From positions 8,255 through 72,254 of the forward strand of contig JAVZLS010000006.1 in NCBI GenBank assembly GCA_038883715.1: a stretch of 64,000 bases of DNA, written 5' to 3'. The translations under genes were made by a program, and so were the position numbers. This DNA comes from Candidatus Bathyarchaeia archaeon (GTDB taxonomy: Archaea > Thermoproteota > Bathyarchaeia > Bathyarchaeales > Bathycorpusculaceae). Below the pieces are notes generated by a model. It was not told the origin of the DNA. It saw only the letters and a program-made list of their open reading frames with translations, and did no database searches. This document shows, piece after piece, positions 9,503 to 18,747 of the stretch (positions within the stretch are counted from its first letter, which is position 1; every line of letters begins with the position of its first letter).

Positions 9503-12187
9503 TTGTTAAGGTTAAAATTGAATCAATTGTTTGCTCTGATTCTAATATGCTTCTTTATTTTGCCCGTGCTCCCTGTAGGTGTTTTAGATACTTTAGAGGA
9601 TATGCCTAACACTACTGTAGAGGCTATTATTGTTGCGAAAAGTCATTTTATTGACGTCCCATTTTATTATCAAGTGAAAACTTACTATTGTGGTCCATCT
9701 GCTTTGCAGATGGTTTTTAACTATTTTGGCGAGAATATTTCCCAGCTTGAGATCGCTGATGTTGCGCGAACAGTTCCTTATGTGACTTATACTGATGAGC
9801 TTAGGAGAGCGGCTCACTTTAGTGACATGAGCACTTCCATGGGAAGCGAAATGTCGGAAAACATAACGGGATACTCTGCTAGAAAGTTGGGATACGCCGC
9901 CTTTGAAATGTTCAGTATGACTCTAGATGATTTAAAGACCCTTATTGACAGGAATTTCCCCATAATTTTGCTTATGAGGTGGGTTCCAAACGAGCCATAT
10001 GGCCATTATAGGGTCGCTGTAGGCTATAATGCGACGCATGTTTTCTTGCATGATCCGTGGAATAATGTACTTTGGGGCGGAGACTACGGCGGTCCAAACC
10101 TGCCTATGAATTACACTTTCTTTAATGAAATGTGGGACTATTCTGGCCATTGGGGGTTATTCGTTTCTCCATGGAATGTTAAAATTATAGCACCAACCAA
10201 CCTTTACGTCGGCCAAACATGCACAGTTACGGCAGCTGTTTCCTATGTGTGTCCCCCTCAAACTCCCACCGACATTTATAAAGCCTCTTCATGTAAAGCA
10301 ACAATAACCTTGCCAGAAGGATTAGCCCTTGCTGATGGTGAATCACCAATTAAAAGCTTGGGAGAAATTTACGCCGGTGGTAGCGCTCAAATTTCTTGGA
10401 GGGTGAGAGTTGAGCGTCCAGGAAATTATTCGATATCGGTTGAGGCAGAAGGGAAAATTACTGGAATTGTTGGAGCTAAAACCGATGTCGGCCCAGGCTA
10501 TCAATATGAAGACAGGATAGGAGGGCGCGGCTTAGGTTTTGTAAGTGCGGAAGTTGCCCCGCACATATACATCGAAGCAATTAAGCCAGCTGAAGGTGCT
10601 CCGGGAACGGAAGTTTTCATTTTTGGAGGGGGAGCCACTCCGAATGGGACCGTGGTTGCCTTACTCAGTGGACCGATAAATCAGACAACCGTTATTATAG
10701 GTTCACAACAAGCAGAAATCCAAGAAGGCGTAACAATCATAGTTAACAAGACTTTAGGATATACAGTGGCAGATTCCAACGGGTTCTGGTCTATACAATC
10801 CACCGTGCCCAACGTGCCATCGGGAGAATACAAAATCTTTGTTTTGGACAATTCCACCCAAACAAGCGACGTAACCAGATTTTACGTTTTATCATCAACC
10901 CCGGCTCAAATAAAGATAGAGCATATCAGCACAGTTGAGGGATATCCCGGTACTTTGGTTTTCATTGCGGGACATGGCGCGACCTCAAAAGGTGAAGTTA
11001 AGATCTACTTTGACCATTTAAACGTCGCAAGCACAATAGCATACGACGACGGAGGGTGGTCAACAACCTTCATTGTTCCAAATGTTAACTCCGGAAACTA
11101 TACAATTTTATCCTTAGACGTCACATCCAACACCTCTGACACCGTGGCGTTTAGAGTGCTGGAGATTGCTCAACGAAGCGTTGGAGTCAAGGAAGGCGAC
11201 TGGGCAAAATACAACATAACCTATTACTATTCAACAAACGATCCCGCAGCACCCATTTCTCCCATTCCTCCTATCTTCGCCGACATAGATTATCTGCTAA
11301 TAAGAATCATTTCAGTCGTTAGAACCAACGTCACCTACCAGCTTATTATACGCTATAAGAATGGCACTGAACAGGAAAGTATCTCGTGGTTGGATGTAAC
11401 CACAGGCTTGACCGATTACGGAGTCACAATGCCTTATGGACCGATTATTGCGGCAAACCTTACAGCGGGTGATCGGGTTTATCTTAATGCTTACGCCCCA
11501 ACTATAAATTTAACATCTATAGCATTTTATGCAGGTTTACAAAGGGAGATTAATTCGCTTTTAATAAAAGCAGAAACCACCATTCCAGACTATTATAGAA
11601 CAGTTATGACTTTCGAAATTCGCTGGGACAGGATAAGCGGCATGTTATGTGAACAAAAAGTGAACGCCAGCTACATCAACATGGAAAAAGGCTACGAAAC
11701 CAACATGTTTGTTCAGGTAATTATAACAGAGACAAACATTTGGACTAAACCAAGCGCCATAAATGTGAAAGTGTGTTTCTGCCCGCAAATATTATGCTTA
11801 AGAAGCAGAGGCAAATGGATAATTTGCATTGTTAAGCTTCCTAGAGACTATACCGTGAAAGATGTCGGCACGTCAGTAATAATGCTTAACGGAACCATTA
11901 AAGGCGAAGTTGTTAACAAGGCTGAAAAAAGTCGCTATTTAATTGTTAAGTTTGATAGAAAAGCTGTCATCGAACTTGTCTATAATGTGACCGCCTGCAA
12001 TAAAAAGCTTGGAAAGGTATCCTTAACAATAATTGGCGAATTCAAGGATGGAACAACCTTTTCTGGTACAGCCGCTATATTAATAGTTATGCCACCCGGC
12101 AAATATGCCGAGGCTAAAGATTGCACCACTTGCCCATACTTCAAAAGATCATATTTCATTTTTTGTGGCGTTCCCAATTGCAGCTAA
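9503..12187 (+). CDS. Secreted multidomain protein: C39-like peptidase plus Ig-like/IPT repeats
   Basis: N-terminal signal/TM segment; papain-like triad Q...CGPSALQM, GHYRVAVGY, HDPW; two internal repeats (EGAPGTEVFIFGGGAT / EGYPGTLVFIAGHGAT); many N-x-S/T sequons. Confidence 0.8.
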   Translation: MLRLKLNQLFALILICFFILPVLPVGVLDTLEDMPNTTVEAIIVAKSHFIDVPFYYQVKTYYCGPSALQMVFNYFGENISQLEIADVARTVPYVTYTDELRRAAHFSDMSTSMGSEMSENITGYSARKLGYAAFEMFSMTLDDLKTLIDRNFPIILLMRWVPNEPYGHYRVAVGYNATHVFLHDPWNNVLWGGDYGGPNLPMNYTFFNEMWDYSGHWGLFVSPWNVKIIAPTNLYVGQTCTVTAAVSYVCPPQTPTDIYKASSCKATITLPEGLALADGESPIKSLGEIYAGGSAQISWRVRVERPGNYSISVEAEGKITGIVGAKTDVGPGYQYEDRIGGRGLGFVSAEVAPHIYIEAIKPAEGAPGTEVFIFGGGATPNGTVVALLSGPINQTTVIIGSQQAEIQEGVTIIVNKTLGYTVADSNGFWSIQSTVPNVPSGEYKIFVLDNSTQTSDVTRFYVLSSTPAQIKIEHISTVEGYPGTLVFIAGHGATSKGEVKIYFDHLNVASTIAYDDGGWSTTFIVPNVNSGNYTILSLDVTSNTSDTVAFRVLEIAQRSVGVKEGDWAKYNITYYYSTNDPAAPISPIPPIFADIDYLLIRIISVVRTNVTYQLIIRYKNGTEQESISWLDVTTGLTDYGVTMPYGPIIAANLTAGDRVYLNAYAPTINLTSIAFYAGLQREINSLLIKAETTIPDYYRTVMTFEIRWDRISGMLCEQKVNASYINMEKGYETNMFVQVIITETNIWTKPSAINVKVCFCPQILCLRSRGKWIICIVKLPRDYTVKDVGTSVIMLNGTIKGEVVNKAEKSRYLIVKFDRKAVIELVYNVTACNKKLGKVSLTIIGEFKDGTTFSGTAAILIVMPPGKYAEAKDCTTCPYFKRSYFIFCGVPNCS

Positions 12188-12208
12188 TAGCTTTAAAGTT
12201 AGTGATTG

Positions 12209-12835
12209 TTAGTTTAAGTTTTTGATTCTGTTTATGAATTCTTCTCTTTCTTTTTCCACTTCTTTTATCCTCTGTTTTAGGAATGCGAGTTCTTCGGAGA
12301 TTTCTTCAAGCCAGCCTTTTATGGCTTTCACGCCTTCTTCCGGTGTCATTTCTGCGAGGTATTTGGAAACATCCTGCGGTTTGCGTTTTTCCAGAGCGGT
12401 TAGCGGATAGTTGATTTTTGGGGGCTTTAGAAAGGGGAAAAAGTGTCTTGTAGTTCTTGGTTCCATAAGCTTTCCGCTTAGAGCCGCCGTGACCACGTTT
12501 TCAGCCGTTATGGGTGAGTTTGAATTTCCAATGTACCTGTGGATGCGCCTCCTACCGATGCGAATTTGGGGATTTTGAAAAATGTTGACGCATAGAACCG
12601 GTATTTGTGTGTAGCCCAAGCTTTTTAGGGCGAGCCAACGGTGCATTCCGTCAATTATGACATTTGTCTTTTCATCGGCAATTATTGGATATTTTAGAAC
12701 GCCGTCTCGTAGAATCTCCTTTTTCAGCATCTCCAAATATAGAGGGGAGCCTTTCTCATGAGGCTTTAATGCGTCAATTGGTAAAAGTACAATTTTGAAC
12801 GCCTCTGTCTTTTCGGTTTGGGTTGCGGTTGCCAC
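12209..12835 (-). CDS. ParB/Srx-fold protein, SerK/SbnI-like free L-serine kinase
   Basis: LKPHE, PIIAD, IDGMHRWLALKSLG and GKLMEPRTTRH match SerK/SbnI motifs. Probable GTG start at 12835, directly behind trpB2. Confidence 0.7.
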   Translation of the reverse strand: MATATQTEKTEAFKIVLLPIDALKPHEKGSPLYLEMLKKEILRDGVLKYPIIADEKTNVIIDGMHRWLALKSLGYTQIPVLCVNIFQNPQIRIGRRRIHRYIGNSNSPITAENVVTAALSGKLMEPRTTRHFFPFLKPPKINYPLTALEKRKPQDVSKYLAEMTPEEGVKAIKGWLEEISEELAFLKQRIKEVEKEREEFINRIKNLN

Positions 12836-12857
12836 TTGCCTGTCGCCCTTAAGGGGG

Positions 12858-14219
12858 TTATTTAACAATTGTTGGAACCTCGATTTTTTCCGGCTCATAA
12901 TCCACCAGTTTTCCTGCCAAGAACTGCTCGTAGGCGCCTAAATCCAATAGTCCGTGCCCGCTATAGTTCATGGCGATAACCTTCTTCTCACCAGTTTTTC
13001 GACACCGCAAGGCTTCGTCTATAACGAATTTCAGGCTGTGGGCTGTTTCAGGTGCTATTATTAGGCCTTCTGCTTGCGCTAGAATTTGGGCTGCTTGGAA
13101 GACTTCAGTTTGGTGGTAGGCGACTGAACGCATATACCCCCTATGGATTAGGTATGATATTGAGGGTGCCATGCCATGGTATCTTAAGCCTCCAGCATGT
13201 ATTGGGGGACACGCGTAGCCATGTCCTATTGTGAGCATTTTAAGCAGCGGCGTCATTTCAGCCGTGTCGCCGAAATCGTACGTGTAAACTCCTTTGGTTG
13301 TGTGGGGAACAGCCTTAGACTCGCAAGCCACAAACTCTGTTTCAGTTTTGCCCCTAAGCTTGTCCATCATGAACGGATAGCAGAAACCAGCATAGTTGGA
13401 GCCCCCGCCTATGCATCCGCAAACGATATCCGGGTACTCGCCAATGATCTCAAGCTGTTTTTTGGCTTCCAAGCCTATGATGGTCTGGTGCAACAGCACA
13501 TGGTTTAGAACTGAGCCCAAAGAATACCTCGTGTCCTCATGTGTTATCGTGTCCTCTATGGCTTCACTTATGGCGATGCCCAAAGTTCCCGGATGATTTG
13601 GGTTTTCCTTCAAGAGCTTTCTGCCAAAGTTTGTCTGGTCGCTTGGTGAAGGAAACATCTCAGCGCCATATAACTGTGCTATGGTTCTTCTTCCGGGCTT
13701 CTGCTGGCAGCTTACGCGAACCATGTATATGCGGCATTTCAAACTGAAAATTGTACACGCGAAAGCCAGTGCCGTGCCCCACTGTCCAGCACCGGTTTCC
13801 GTTACAAGCCTTTTTATGCCTTGTTCCTTGTTGTAGTAGGCTTGGGCTATGGCAGTATTCGTCTTGTGGCTTCCAGTTGGGCTAAAATTCTCGCATTTAA
13901 AGTATATTTTCGCCGGAGTTTTCAGAAACCTTTCAAGCCTTCTAGCCCTATAAAGCGGCGTTGGGCGGGGCAATCGCAAATAGGCGTCTAAAACCTCTTC
14001 TGGAATTTTTATGAAACGTTCTGTGGAAACCTCTTGCCTAATCAGCTCCTTTGCAAATATTCTCTCCAGGAGTTTTGGGTCTATGGGTTTTAGGGTTGTG
14101 GGATCCAACGGCGGCGGAAGCGGCTCCGGCAGGTCTGCTTGAATGTTGTACCATGCAGTGGGGATTTCATCAGCGCCTAACATTGTGAAGTATTCGCTTT
14201 TCTGAACTTTAAAGCTCAT
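12858..14219 (-). CDS. trpB2: Tryptophan synthase beta chain type 2 (TrpB2)
   Basis: WYNIQADLP, PTGSHKTNTA (PLP lysine), TETGAGQWG, GGGSN, HAGGLRYHG, SGHGLLDL. Confidence 0.93.
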   Translation of the reverse strand: MSFKVQKSEYFTMLGADEIPTAWYNIQADLPEPLPPPLDPTTLKPIDPKLLERIFAKELIRQEVSTERFIKIPEEVLDAYLRLPRPTPLYRARRLERFLKTPAKIYFKCENFSPTGSHKTNTAIAQAYYNKEQGIKRLVTETGAGQWGTALAFACTIFSLKCRIYMVRVSCQQKPGRRTIAQLYGAEMFPSPSDQTNFGRKLLKENPNHPGTLGIAISEAIEDTITHEDTRYSLGSVLNHVLLHQTIIGLEAKKQLEIIGEYPDIVCGCIGGGSNYAGFCYPFMMDKLRGKTETEFVACESKAVPHTTKGVYTYDFGDTAEMTPLLKMLTIGHGYACPPIHAGGLRYHGMAPSISYLIHRGYMRSVAYHQTEVFQAAQILAQAEGLIIAPETAHSLKFVIDEALRCRKTGEKKVIAMNYSGHGLLDLGAYEQFLAGKLVDYEPEKIEVPTIVK

Positions 14220-14232
14220 TATTATTCACCTA

Positions 14233-14305
14233 TGTACATTTTGATACGTTTAAGCACATAATAAAACATTGAACATATTTATACTTTATTGCACAAAAAA
14301 GTACA
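14233..14305. promoter_or_regulatory. TRP-box-like operator array between divergent trpB2 and trpY
   Basis: TGTACA at 14233-14238 (perfect consensus), AGCACA 14253-14258, TGAACA 14270-14275, and the pair TGCACA 14290-14295 / AGTACA 14300-14305 separated by 4 bp. TTTATA TATA-like box at 14278-14283 lies within the array. Confidence 0.7.
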
Positions 14306-14321
14306 TTAGGCAGACAGAAAC

Positions 14322-14825
14322 ATGTGGAACACGATAAAAAAGCACTTCGAAAACTATCCAGAACGCCTAAAAGTAGCCAGAATCCTCGTAGAAAACGGAC
14401 TAAGCATAAAAAATGGAAAAATATACTTGAACGAGATAGAGATTCCGCCAACACGAATAGCAAGAGTGACAGGAGTAGACAGGAGAACAGTAAACGAAAC
14501 AATAAACACTATAAGAGCGAACCGCGAACTCCGCCTAATATTCGAAGGCTTAAGGTCAGCTGGGCACTCCCTAAAAGAAATAGCAAAACATTTGGAACTC
14601 GGCGTGGTAGAAATAACTCCAGTGGATGCCAGAATGCCTGGCATATTGGCAAATTCAGCCATGATACTAGCAAAAAACGGCCTAAGTATAAGACAGGCAA
14701 TAGTTGACGACCCAGAGCTGTCACCAGAACCAAAGCTAACACTTATTGTGGAAAGGAAAGTTCCGGGCGAGCTCATCCCCGAATTCTTAAAAGTTAAAGG
14801 CGTTGCTAAAGTCTCTATTTACTAA
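14322..14825 (+). CDS. trpY: Tryptophan-sensing repressor TrpY (HTH + ACT domain)
   Basis: MWNTIKKHFENYPERLKVAR, GVDRRTV, DARMPGILA, SIRQAIVDDPELSPEPKLT and VSIY closely follow Methanothermobacter TrpY as I recall it. Divergent from trpB2. Confidence 0.85.
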   Translation: MWNTIKKHFENYPERLKVARILVENGLSIKNGKIYLNEIEIPPTRIARVTGVDRRTVNETINTIRANRELRLIFEGLRSAGHSLKEIAKHLELGVVEITPVDARMPGILANSAMILAKNGLSIRQAIVDDPELSPEPKLTLIVERKVPGELIPEFLKVKGVAKVSIY

Positions 14826-15774
14826 AAAATTTGTCAACGATAAGCTTTGCGACGGCGGCGTCTTGTATTGCCAGACCAACAGCCTTGAAGATTGTTATTT
14901 CCTTATTGTTAGTTCGTCCGGGTTTTTTGTGTGTAACGATTTCGCCTAATTCGGCGTATATGTGCTTTTCCGTGACGGTTCCTTCTTTAATCGGTATTAT
15001 TATGTCGCCAGCTTCTTCTAATGCTGCCCTTTTTAGGTCTACGATAACCTTTGATTTTACTATGGTTTCTGTGTCTAGCTCTCTGGCGTGTGGGTAATAT
15101 GAGCCTATAGCGTTGATATGAGTCCCCTCCCTCACCCACTCTCCCTTAACCACCGGGTCAGCGGATGTTGTGGCTGTTATTATTATGTCGGAATCTTTAA
15201 CAGCGTCGACAGGTGAATTTACAGGTGCCACGTCTACGCCCAATTTTTTGGACATTTCATCGGCGAAGGCTCTTTTTGCATTTTCTATTTTGTCGTATGC
15301 GTAAACTTTCTCTATGTCTCTAACTTCTTTAACAGCCCATAACTGAGTTCTGCCTTGCACCCCACAGCCTATTATTCCAACCTTCTTTGAATCTTTCCGC
15401 GCCAAATATTTTGTTGCCACTCCGCTGACTGCGCCCGTTCTAATCGCGGTTAAGTATGTGGCATCCATCACAGCGGTTACTTTCCCCGTTTCCAAGTCAT
15501 AAACTAAAAGGGTGGCAACTGTTGTTGGAAGATTGTACTTCACGTTGTTTGGGAATATTCCAAAAACCTTTGTAACGGCTATTTTTGTCTCTTCTAAATA
15601 TGCGCTCATTTGGGAGATGCTTCCATTTTTCAGCATGAGGGTTGTTCGTTCCGGCAGCATCGCCTTTCCTAAATATAGCTCCTTAAAGGCTTCTTCGACG
15701 GCGTCTATGGCTTCTTGCATAGTTATGAGACGTTGTATGTCAGCATCGCTCAGAAAAAGCATTGAAAATGACAC
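14815..15774 (-). CDS. Ornithine cyclodeaminase/mu-crystallin family (alanine dehydrogenase or pyrroline-2-carboxylate reductase-like)
   Basis: TAIRTGAVSGVA, GCGVQG, HINAIG, EEAGD, FKAVGLAIQD. Confidence 0.9.
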   Translation of the reverse strand: MSFSMLFLSDADIQRLITMQEAIDAVEEAFKELYLGKAMLPERTTLMLKNGSISQMSAYLEETKIAVTKVFGIFPNNVKYNLPTTVATLLVYDLETGKVTAVMDATYLTAIRTGAVSGVATKYLARKDSKKVGIIGCGVQGRTQLWAVKEVRDIEKVYAYDKIENAKRAFADEMSKKLGVDVAPVNSPVDAVKDSDIIITATTSADPVVKGEWVREGTHINAIGSYYPHARELDTETIVKSKVIVDLKRAALEEAGDIIIPIKEGTVTEKHIYAELGEIVTHKKPGRTNNKEITIFKAVGLAIQDAAVAKLIVDKFFSK

Positions 15775-16782
15775 CTAGCTCAATAGGAAGCCATATTTTA
15801 TCGGGTCATCTTTTTCTATTATGCACTGTTGTAAACCTATTATGTATGCCCTTGCGGAGAGCTTTGGCACTATCGCCTTATATTTGCCGACTTTTGTTTC
15901 CCGGCAGATTTCGCCGATCATTGTTAGGTCTGGATGAACCAAACTCTCAACGATTAAGCGTTCCCCTGTCTTGAATTTTCCCTTAGCCCAAAGCGTAGCT
16001 AACTTGGCACTGACAGATGTTCCGGCCGGTGATACACATATCGTGTCCGCGTAGACATTTGCGTGCCTAGCGTTGTGTTCGGGTTTGATGGGTTTGGCTG
16101 AGAAGGTTACAAGTTCAATTTTGTTTAATTCTGGGTTTTCTGGGTGCTCCACTTTTATTTGCTTGTTTGCCGCATTAAGTATTTTCATGCCAACTTGGAT
16201 TAGTTCACGTGCATTTTCCGGCTTAACTTGGACGCCGACATCATCTGGGTCAACAAATACGTAGTAAAGCCCACCGAAAGCTACGTCCACGTTGATTTCG
16301 CCGATATCTGGAACCTTAACTTTCTTTGCGCCTTCATAGAAGGATGAGATGCCTTCAAAGGATATTTCTTGGACTTCGCCATTCTCAACTTTTGCCTCCA
16401 CCTTAACGAGTCCTGCGGCGGTGTCAAGGGTTATTTCTGTTATTGGTTCTTCAACTTCAACCATTCCTTGTTCAATTAAGACTTTTGTCACGCTGAATGT
16501 GCTGTCTCCACAAGAGTTGAAGTAGCCGCCGGTGTATGTAAATATCACACCATAATCTGCCTTTGGATTGGCTGGTTCGGTGATTATAGCGCCCAATATT
16601 CCCGAGAAGCCTCTCGGCTGCATCATTAGGGCTTTTCTCCAGTTGTCAAAATGCTCTTTACAGTACTGTGTCTTCTCCCACATTGTTTTACCTGGAATCC
16701 GTGGGAAGCCGCTCACAACAACCTTGGTTGTTTCACCAGAAGAATGAGTTTCAACAACCGTTATCACTTTTCCAACCTTCAT
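15775..16782 (-). CDS. Proline racemase family protein with atypical active site
   Basis: ETHSSGE, SCGD (normally MCGH), LDTAAG, DVAFGG, SPAGT (normally SPCGT). Confidence 0.85.
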   Translation of the reverse strand: MKVGKVITVVETHSSGETTKVVVSGFPRIPGKTMWEKTQYCKEHFDNWRKALMMQPRGFSGILGAIITEPANPKADYGVIFTYTGGYFNSCGDSTFSVTKVLIEQGMVEVEEPITEITLDTAAGLVKVEAKVENGEVQEISFEGISSFYEGAKKVKVPDIGEINVDVAFGGLYYVFVDPDDVGVQVKPENARELIQVGMKILNAANKQIKVEHPENPELNKIELVTFSAKPIKPEHNARHANVYADTICVSPAGTSVSAKLATLWAKGKFKTGERLIVESLVHPDLTMIGEICRETKVGKYKAIVPKLSARAYIIGLQQCIIEKDDPIKYGFLLS

Positions 16783-16892
16783 ACAGATTCCCCGCACGGA
16801 GATGACTGTTAAGGGTATGTTGAATATAAAAATCTTGAGCATAAAATTTTAAAGGTTTGGGAGAAGATATGCGTGCTAAGTGGTGACGAGAA

Positions 16893-18731
16893 ATGTATGG
16901 ATGGAACGGCAGAATTTTAAGGGTAAACCTTTCAAAGAAAAAAGTTGAAGTTGAGGAGTACAACGCTGATTTTGCATTAAAATATATTGGTGGAAGGGGC
17001 TTCGCCGCTAAAATCCTCTTTGACGAATTAAAACCGGGAATTGATCCTCTTGGTCCTGAAAACAAGCTTATAGTTGCCGCTGGTCCGCTGACAGGTCTTC
17101 CGGGACCAAGTTTGGGGAAGCTGGTTATAGCTGCTAAAAGTCCGCTTACTGGGGGTTATGGGGATGGAAATGCTGGAACCATAGCTGCTGTGCAGATGCG
17201 CAGAGCTGGCTTTGACGCCTTAGTTGTTGATGGAAAAGCCGAAAAGCCCGTTTATATTTATGTGGAGGAGGAGAAGGGCTACATTTTAAGCGCAGATGGC
17301 TTGTGGGGCAAGACAACTTTTGAGACAGAGAAGGAGCTTAAAGAGGTGCATGGCAAAGACGTTGGAGTGCTCGTCATAGGACCCGGCGGAGAAAACATTG
17401 TTAGATACGCAACAGTTGTTTCACAGGAGGGACGCGCTGGCGGTAGACCAGGAATGGGCGCTGTTATGGGTTCTAAAAAGGTTAAGGCTATAGTTTTTAA
17501 GGGTTCAAGAGATATTCCTTTAGCAAATCCCGAGGATTATAATAAGCTTGTTAAGGAATCTTACGACGATATTAAGAACAGAGATTATTATGGTTTCTGG
17601 ATAAGACAGGGAACTATGGCGACTATAGATTGGGCTAATGAAAACGGTGTCTTGCCCACCTATAACTTTAGAGAAGGCATCTTTGAATTTGGCAATCTTA
17701 TCAACGGGTTTGCAATGGAGGCGGCTAAGGTTAAACGCAGAGGATGCCCCTACTGTAATATGGCTTGCGGCAATGTTGTCCTCGACTGCGAGGGGAGGGA
17801 GTCCGAGCTTGACTATGAGAACGTTGCCATGTTAGGCTCGAATATTGGTTTGGGGCATCTTGGAAAAGTCTCTGTTCTAAACAGGATTGCAGATGAACTA
17901 GGCATAGACACCATTTCTTTGGGCAATACCATAGGATTCGCAATGGAAGCAACCGAGAAAGGACTTATTAAGGACGGAGTGGAATGGGGAGACTTTGAAA
18001 AACTAAAAGCCCTAATTTACGATATTGCATACCGACGGGGGGAGCTAGGAAACCTATTAGCTGAAGGAGTTATGCGAATAAGTCAAAAACTCGGTGGAGA
18101 CTCGCAAAATTGGGCTATGCATGTTAAGGGACTGGAAGCATCAGCTTATGACTGCCACACTGTTCCCGGAATGGCTCTCGCTTTTGCAACATCTTCTATA
18201 GGGGCTCACCATAAAGAGGCTTGGGTCATTGCCTGGGAAATAAGAACGGATAGGGAAGGATATACGGAGGCCAAAGTGGATAAGGTAATAGAGTTCCAGA
18301 GGATAAGGGGAGGCATGTTTGAATCCCTTGTTGCATGCCGCCTCCCATGGATTGAGCTTGGCTTCCCATTGGATTGGTACCAGAGGCTTATGAAGATGGC
18401 TACTGGCATGGAGGTAACCCTTGAAGAAATGCTTTACAACGTGGCTGATAGGATATACGCCCTAATAAGGGCCTTCTGGGTGAGGGAGTTCGGCCAAAAC
18501 TGGAGCCGCCTAATGGATTATCCGCCAAAACGCTGGTTTACAGAGCCCATAACGAAGGGTTCCCACAAGGGGAAAATGCTTAACCAAGCAAGGTTCGAAA
18601 TGCTTCTTGACATGTATTATGCGAAACGCGGATGGGATAAGAGGGGGATACCAACGCTGACAACCTTTGAGAGGCTTGGCTTAAAGGACGTGGCACAACA
18701 ACTATCGAAAACTGTCACTTTAACTCAATAA
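16893..18731 (+). CDS. Tungsten-containing aldehyde:ferredoxin oxidoreductase (AOR/FOR family)
   Basis: [47 protein letters not shown]. Confidence 0.93.
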   Translation: MYGWNGRILRVNLSKKKVEVEEYNADFALKYIGGRGFAAKILFDELKPGIDPLGPENKLIVAAGPLTGLPGPSLGKLVIAAKSPLTGGYGDGNAGTIAAVQMRRAGFDALVVDGKAEKPVYIYVEEEKGYILSADGLWGKTTFETEKELKEVHGKDVGVLVIGPGGENIVRYATVVSQEGRAGGRPGMGAVMGSKKVKAIVFKGSRDIPLANPEDYNKLVKESYDDIKNRDYYGFWIRQGTMATIDWANENGVLPTYNFREGIFEFGNLINGFAMEAAKVKRRGCPYCNMACGNVVLDCEGRESELDYENVAMLGSNIGLGHLGKVSVLNRIADELGIDTISLGNTIGFAMEATEKGLIKDGVEWGDFEKLKALIYDIAYRRGELGNLLAEGVMRISQKLGGDSQNWAMHVKGLEASAYDCHTVPGMALAFATSSIGAHHKEAWVIAWEIRTDREGYTEAKVDKVIEFQRIRGGMFESLVACRLPWIELGFPLDWYQRLMKMATGMEVTLEEMLYNVADRIYALIRAFWVREFGQNWSRLMDYPPKRWFTEPITKGSHKGKMLNQARFEMLLDMYYAKRGWDKRGIPTLTTFERLGLKDVAQQLSKTVTLTQ

Positions 18732-18747
18732 CCTTTTCATTTTTAAA

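Noticed and set aside
12209-12898. ParB chromosome-partition protein
   Set aside because: No HTH domain and no parA; motifs and gene context fit a SerK/SbnI-type kinase better.
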